This document shows, piece by piece, positions 59,310-64,000 of a stretch of 64,000 nt of DNA. The DNA is from Candidatus Poribacteria bacterium. GTDB taxonomy: Bacteria; Poribacteria; WGA-4E; WGA-3G. A program made the position numbers and the translations under genes. How positions within the stretch are numbered: position 1 is the first letter of the stretch; each line of letters opens with the position of its first letter. The notes beneath the pieces are model-generated. The model saw only the letters and a list, made by a program, of their open reading frames with translations. It was not told where the DNA came from and did no database searches. Where the stretch lies: assembly GCA_965205025.1 (NCBI GenBank), contig CBDBFU010000015.1, positions 352,001 through 416,000 of the forward strand. Reading direction: 5' to 3'.

Positions 59310-59894
59310 TTACCGTTCAGGATTTCTAACTAATTCATTTGAATTAGGTTTGATCTGAAATGTATCCTCTACCTTTTTACTCGGCTCGAAGCCATCGCCT
59401 TTTGTCCAATATGTAATAGATAAAACATCGTTGGACTTATCTATGACTGACATTTTCTCTATCCGTACACGATCCCCCAGTGATGCATAATCAATAGTGC
59501 GAAGGGTCTGCTTATCTACAGCATGAAGATCATAGAAAATACCACTTCCGCCACCTGATTCTGCTATGACGGCAAAAATATATTTATCTCCGACATCTGC
59601 ATGATCCCACAATAAACGATATGTAGTACCACCCTTATTCTCAATCTTATAAGTGTTGTCAAAAACAAGCTTTATTACCGACTCCCCACTTAAGTCCGTG
59701 CTTAGAAATGTAACTTTCTGAAGCAAAGTATCAAATTCCTGTATCTGTTTCGTGTCAGGTCTTTGGGGACCGTTTTGTGTGCGAGGTAGTTCAGGTCCAC
59801 CTACATGCTTCTGTTTAGTGTAAATCGTCCAAACGGTGTAAATAAGTCCGAGGATAAATATAATAACCAAAACGAAAATGATTTTTTTACGCAT
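59310..59894 (-). CDS. Membrane-anchored hypothetical protein; domain shared with 32123-35101
   Basis: N-terminal TM; TDLSG, GGGSGIFY.L.AVDK.TL, LGDRV. Confidence 0.75.
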   Translation of the reverse strand: MRKKIIFVLVIIFILGLIYTVWTIYTKQKHVGGPELPRTQNGPQRPDTKQIQEFDTLLQKVTFLSTDLSGESVIKLVFDNTYKIENKGGTTYRLLWDHADVGDKYIFAVIAESGGGSGIFYDLHAVDKQTLRTIDYASLGDRVRIEKMSVIDKSNDVLSITYWTKGDGFEPSKKVEDTFQIKPNSNELVRNPER

Positions 59895-60175
59895 AATGAA
59901 AATCTCCGTATTTATACCAAATTAACTTGATTCCAATCTAATTGTGAGACCTTTAAGTATCTTTGATGCGGGGGTTTTGCGTCTCCCCGCAGGACGTTCC
60001 TAAGTGAGAGTACTTATACTATAGTGCTGTTTTTTCTGCGGATGCAGCCGCCACCTGCACATTGGGCGGAAGAGGATTATTTTTTGTCTCTAAACGATTA
60101 CAGCGTACTATTTTTGACGATCCATTTATTTTTATTTACAAACTATGTTCTATCTTCTCCATCTTCAGTGAATTC

Positions 60176-62164
60176 TTAGTCGAACAACCGGAACGTTCCA
60201 TCTCTGACAATTAGTATATTCGGTTCATAAACAGCATCGCCGTCAGCATTAAAAGAGAACTTTCCCAAAATGGTATCAAGTTCACTGATATTCGCGAGTG
60301 CGTCGCGTACAGAATGTGCATCTGTAGCAGCAGCGTTTTTCAATGCTTCAGCGAAAACATGCACACAGGCATAGGATACGGCTGCGAAAGCATTTGGCGT
60401 TGTGCCGTAAGTTATTTTATATTTTTCAACAAATGTTTGGTTTCCCGGTGTGTTCGCCGTGCTCAGCCATCCCGTGAATGTAAGAGCACCCTCTGCGGCA
60501 GCTCCTGCTGCTTTTACTTCTGCATCGGTAAGAGAACTGATGAGAATAGGCACAGTAATACCGAGTTCTCGTGCTTGAATCAAGATTCCTGGTTTTTCTG
60601 GTGGCAGTGCGGACACAAAGAGTGCATCCGGGTTCAATGCTTTTATACGTGTCAATTGCTCTGTAAAGTCTATCGTACCACTTGTGTAGGTTTGTGTACC
60701 AAGCACTTCAACATTATTGTCGACAAAGGCTTGTTGTAATGCAGCATCTCGGTCTGTAGAGAACAGGTCTTTTTCATCATACAGTGTCGCCACCCTTTGG
60801 TACCCCATTCTCCTTTTTGTAATCTCAACACCTCTGGGAATAACAATATCTGTTGTCAGTGCAACCCGAAAGACAAAATCGCCTATTGCCCCAAGTCCGC
60901 GAGCACCAGCTGTCGGACTGACGGCTACAACCTCATTTTCTTGTGCGATTGGAAACGCAGCACGCGCTGAACTCGATGAGGCGGGTCCCAGAATGACAGA
61001 CACACCCTGTTCGTGAATTAGTTCCTCAAACACCGCCACTGCCCCTTCCGCAGTGCTGTTATCGTCTGCGATAATGTAATTAACCAGTATATTATCCTGT
61101 GCATCACCATACTTGCCAAAGAGTTCTTCAAAAGCTAAAACAAAACCTGTTTTCATGATCTCACCTATCTCGGCTAAATGTCCTGACAATGGCAAAACCA
61201 GTCCAACATCCATGTTTACATAGGGGCTTATCGGGGAATCGGGTGGTTTCTCCTCTGAAATACCCGGTTCAGAGGAGCCTTCCTCGTGATGCGATAATTC
61301 CGTTGTATACATGACCGACAATACGGGTTGACCAAAATTCTGTGAAACCTGCACTAAATCTAATATATTTATCTGACCATCCGCATTCACATCCGCTTTG
61401 CGATTCGTATCGGTGATAGGTTCTCCGAAAACGGCAGCAACGCGCGTCAAATCCAAAATATTTACAACACCATCCGCATTGACATCACTGGGAAGCTGTT
61501 TGAATGTTGCTACATTATTATGAAGTTTCGAATTTAGTTCCTTATCGTCTGCACCAAAGAGTGATATTCCTACTAAATTGATAACCATTGGCGAATCGGG
61601 ATTGATCACATCAAATGACAACGATGCGAGCGTGCCATCGCCACCTGAAAATGTGACCGTGCCATCTGAAGCAAGTGGCGCTGAACTCAACACAGTTATG
61701 ACTTGAAACTTTAAATCAGACGGATCCACATCGGTGTCTACATCTGGCAATATTCCAATCAACGCGGGATCCGGTATTTTAAAAAAGAAATCTGATAATG
61801 AAAGCGTCTGGGCGTCTTCACCTGGTCCAAAAGCAACAGACTGTCCCGTGGTTGTTGTTTTGTCGATGCTGAGTTGAAGTTCGTAGGTATCATTGTCCCC
61901 CAACGCAGGACGAATAAAGATGCCATCGGGAGGCAGGTAATCTCCTTGTGTGGTGTCAACATATTTCAAGACAGTTGGATCATAGGCAACCAGTAGATTA
62001 TAACCTGCGACTCCTTTCCCGTCTGCCAAGTGAATATCAACTTTTATTTTTGGTAAAGTCACGTTGGTATCATGTTTAAGAGATACCACCATTTCAGCAT
62101 AACTCAGTGCTGTCCAGCCTAATAACAAGATGGTTGTCAATAAACCGCAAAATGTTTTTCTCAC
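60176..62164 (-). CDS. Cohesin-like + dockerin + branched-chain amino acid ABC substrate-binding domain fusion
   Basis: YDPTVLKY..GDYLP / GDGTLASLSF; DVNADGVVNILDL and DVNADGQINILDL; VGLVLPLSG, ILGPASS, GDFVFR. Confidence 0.85.
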   Translation of the reverse strand: MRKTFCGLLTTILLLGWTALSYAEMVVSLKHDTNVTLPKIKVDIHLADGKGVAGYNLLVAYDPTVLKYVDTTQGDYLPPDGIFIRPALGDNDTYELQLSIDKTTTTGQSVAFGPGEDAQTLSLSDFFFKIPDPALIGILPDVDTDVDPSDLKFQVITVLSSAPLASDGTVTFSGGDGTLASLSFDVINPDSPMVINLVGISLFGADDKELNSKLHNNVATFKQLPSDVNADGVVNILDLTRVAAVFGEPITDTNRKADVNADGQINILDLVQVSQNFGQPVLSVMYTTELSHHEEGSSEPGISEEKPPDSPISPYVNMDVGLVLPLSGHLAEIGEIMKTGFVLAFEELFGKYGDAQDNILVNYIIADDNSTAEGAVAVFEELIHEQGVSVILGPASSSSARAAFPIAQENEVVAVSPTAGARGLGAIGDFVFRVALTTDIVIPRGVEITKRRMGYQRVATLYDEKDLFSTDRDAALQQAFVDNNVEVLGTQTYTSGTIDFTEQLTRIKALNPDALFVSALPPEKPGILIQARELGITVPILISSLTDAEVKAAGAAAEGALTFTGWLSTANTPGNQTFVEKYKITYGTTPNAFAAVSYACVHVFAEALKNAAATDAHSVRDALANISELDTILGKFSFNADGDAVYEPNILIVRDGTFRLFD

Positions 62165-62420
62165 GATTATGTTCTCCTATGTTTGTACCGTAAACTTTCC
62201 AGTTTGCGGTCTTTTCTGTAGAATGTTTTTCTCACGATTATGTTCTCCTATGTATATGCACGGGTTTTGTGTCTCCCCGCAGGTGTTGAATCGTTTTTTG
62301 TTCATTTTCACATGTGCCAGTTTTTTTTACACGCCACTGGCGGGGACGAGGTGTTCAGATAGGCGTCTGGTCTATGGGTTAGGGGAAGAGGTATAGACCA
62401 GACATAAGGACGTGCAACTT

Positions 62421-62924
62421 TTACCAACCTCTGCGTTTCTTGATGATGGCATGAATATCAGTGTGGCAGTCCTTACAGAGCGAGACAAGATCGGATAGCG
62501 GTTCTTTGCCAATGTTGTCATAGCGTTTGTGATGCACGACGGAGGCGTTGGCACCACATACACATAAGTATCCATCGCGTTCTAAGACAGTTATCCGTTT
62601 GGCACGCCATGTATCCGTTTCTATATATCGCGGATAATGCTTGTCCCAGTTTCTGCTGATAAGTTCGTGCCAGTTTATTTGTGTTCCTATCCCTTTCAAT
62701 ATATCTCGTCCATCCGATGTAAGCCTGTATTTCCCTCTGCTGACAAACTCTATCGCCTCCATATCGCGTAGCTGGGTTAACGTACATAAGACGGTGACAG
62801 TCGGTGTGCTGGCGTTGGGATATTTCTCTATCAAACGATCGAGGTATTTCCATATATCTTTTGATGTGAATTCCTCCTGATTTATTTCTAATATAATTTG
62901 TGCGACTTCGCTTTTCCAACTCAT
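62421..62924 (-). CDS. DpnI-type winged-helix + HNH endonuclease
   Basis: W..V..EFT..DI..YP...LTQLRD..IEFVSRGKYRL; CVC..VHHKRY..LVSLCKDCH..IH. Confidence 0.72.
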   Translation of the reverse strand: MSWKSEVAQIILEINQEEFTSKDIWKYLDRLIEKYPNASTPTVTVLCTLTQLRDMEAIEFVSRGKYRLTSDGRDILKGIGTQINWHELISRNWDKHYPRYIETDTWRAKRITVLERDGYLCVCGANASVVHHKRYDNIGKEPLSDLVSLCKDCHTDIHAIIKKRRGW

Positions 62925-63125
62925 TTTTAGTTATCGTCTGTTCCACATCCTAAAATTGTGATGGTAAGTATGCCAAAAATACTTGTGCCTAAAGTTCTCA
63001 TAAACATAATTTCTTCTTTCTTTGAGTACGGGGGTTTTTTCGTCTCCCCGAAGGACGCCTTAGGAGGAGTAGATTGTTTTTTAGAGACCCCACACAATCT
63101 ACAAAGCGAGGAAGCGAAAGTACTA

Positions 63126-64000
63126 TTACTTTAGAATCAACATCCTGCGCGTGGCGGTGAACTCACCCGCAGTCAACATATAAAAATACAAACCACTTGC
63201 CACAGGTTCACCGTGTGCATTTCTGCCATCCCAATACGCAGCACGACTCGGACTATTATAAAAGCCTGCGGATTGAAAACCGAGCGAAAGGGTACGTATC
63301 AGTTTCCCCGAAGTATCATAAATGGAAATAGATACATGACTCTTTTCTGTGAGTTGATAAGGTATCCAGGTTTCGGGGTTGAACGGGTTCGGGTAGTTCT
63401 GCAACAACTTATTCTGTTGCGGTTTACCGATGCTATCAAACTTGACAGATAATAGTGCGTTTGCCAGGTTCTCAGGTGTCACTTTAATACTGCGGGTTTG
63501 TGATTCAACATTGCCTCCCGGACCTATGACGCGTAATTCAATCACGTCTCCAACTTTGACAACGCTCCGCCGCGCTAAGTCGGCAGTTGCAGCAGCAAAG
63601 TAATTACCTCGCACCGAGGCGGTTATCTTGCCGTTTGTTCTCAAGTTACGGACGATGACCTTGTAACCGTCAAACGTTGGTTTGCCTTCCAATTGTCCAC
63701 TTACCACGAATGCCCAGGCTTCTTGGACAACATCCCCTGTCAAGGGGGTAATGGCAGATGGTGCAGCAGAAGTCTCCGTTTGATTTGTCCATCGTGAGCC
63801 GACAAAGGCAAAATTGCGAGTCTGTGGGACATTGACAATGTACCCTTTTCCACCTTCAATAGCGAATCCATCGTTTGGTGCATCTGGTGTCCACCCGATG
63901 AACCGTTGTTTTTCAGCATCAAGTGCTATGACAATAGTCGCACCAGCTATCCCAGCAAGTGATTTTGCAGTCATCGGTTTCGGTGGTGCTAAAGGCACAG
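63126..64000 (-). CDS. 3' part of a large secreted protein with C-terminal FlgD-Ig/T9SS-like sorting domain (truncated by window)
   Basis: LLQNYPNPFNPETWIPYQL, AAYWDGRN, VASGLYFY, TRRMLILK. Confidence 0.88.
   Translation of the reverse strand, partial: VPLAPPKPMTAKSLAGIAGATIVIALDAEKQRFIGWTPDAPNDGFAIEGGKGYIVNVPQTRNFAFVGSRWTNQTETSAAPSAITPLTGDVVQEAWAFVVSGQLEGKPTFDGYKVIVRNLRTNGKITASVRGNYFAAATADLARRSVVKVGDVIELRVIGPGGNVESQTRSIKVTPENLANALLSVKFDSIGKPQQNKLLQNYPNPFNPETWIPYQLTEKSHVSISIYDTSGKLIRTLSLGFQSAGFYNSPSRAAYWDGRNAHGEPVASGLYFYMLTAGEFTATRRMLILK

Larger units (their letters stand above)
59967..63064. repeat. Three copies of an intergenic REP-like element (59967-60004, 62257-62283, 63027-63064)
   Basis: CGGG(GG)TTTT..GTCTCCCCG.AGG in three successive intergenic gaps. 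Confidence 0.75.

Noticed and set aside
62518-62946. 142-aa overlapping ORF
   Set aside because: Off-frame overlap of the wH-HNH gene with no recognisable motifs.
59900-63125. Integron cassette array (same-strand genes separated by palindromes)
   Set aside because: No RYYYAAC/GTTRRRY attC cores recognised and no integrase; the repeats look REP-like.

Overview
64-kb bacterial window of low-to-moderate GC, most consistent with Candidatus Poribacteria (inferred from C-terminal 'VxxxxKLxxxWGxLK'-type tails, an 'LLQNYPNPFNPETWIPYQL' sorting domain, dockerin/cohesin fusions and planctomycete-type cytochrome domains). 1-17.6 kb (minus strand): a Rieske/split cytochrome b operon ending in a cytochrome with at least 7 CxxCH motifs that the ORF track misses, preceded by a planctomycete-type DUF1501-DUF1549/1553-PPC-WD40/cytochrome c cluster. 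Best finding: the first gene of that cluster very probably reads through its UGA as selenocysteine (GMT-U-GAC, heavy-metal-associated domain, SECIS-like hairpin directly downstream), giving an exported heme-c/WD40/HMA selenoprotein. Two cluster genes are broken by +1 shifts at TTT-TAA. Middle: housekeeping genes (TroA-like SBP, ArsA/GET3-like ATPase, hslVU, pilD, NtrYX-like pair, pgi), many REP/MITE-like repeats (one nested MITE with filled and empty sites both visible), and a decayed defence-like locus (HNH-TPR-TaqI_C chimera, ATPase-HEPN pseudogene, orphan antitoxin). 47.5-64 kb: a one-strand array of secreted proteases, four paralogous Cys-pair lipoproteins, repeat proteins and a DpnI-wH-HNH nuclease. 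No rRNA, tRNA, CRISPR array or transposase was recognised. All family calls are from motif recognition, not database searches.
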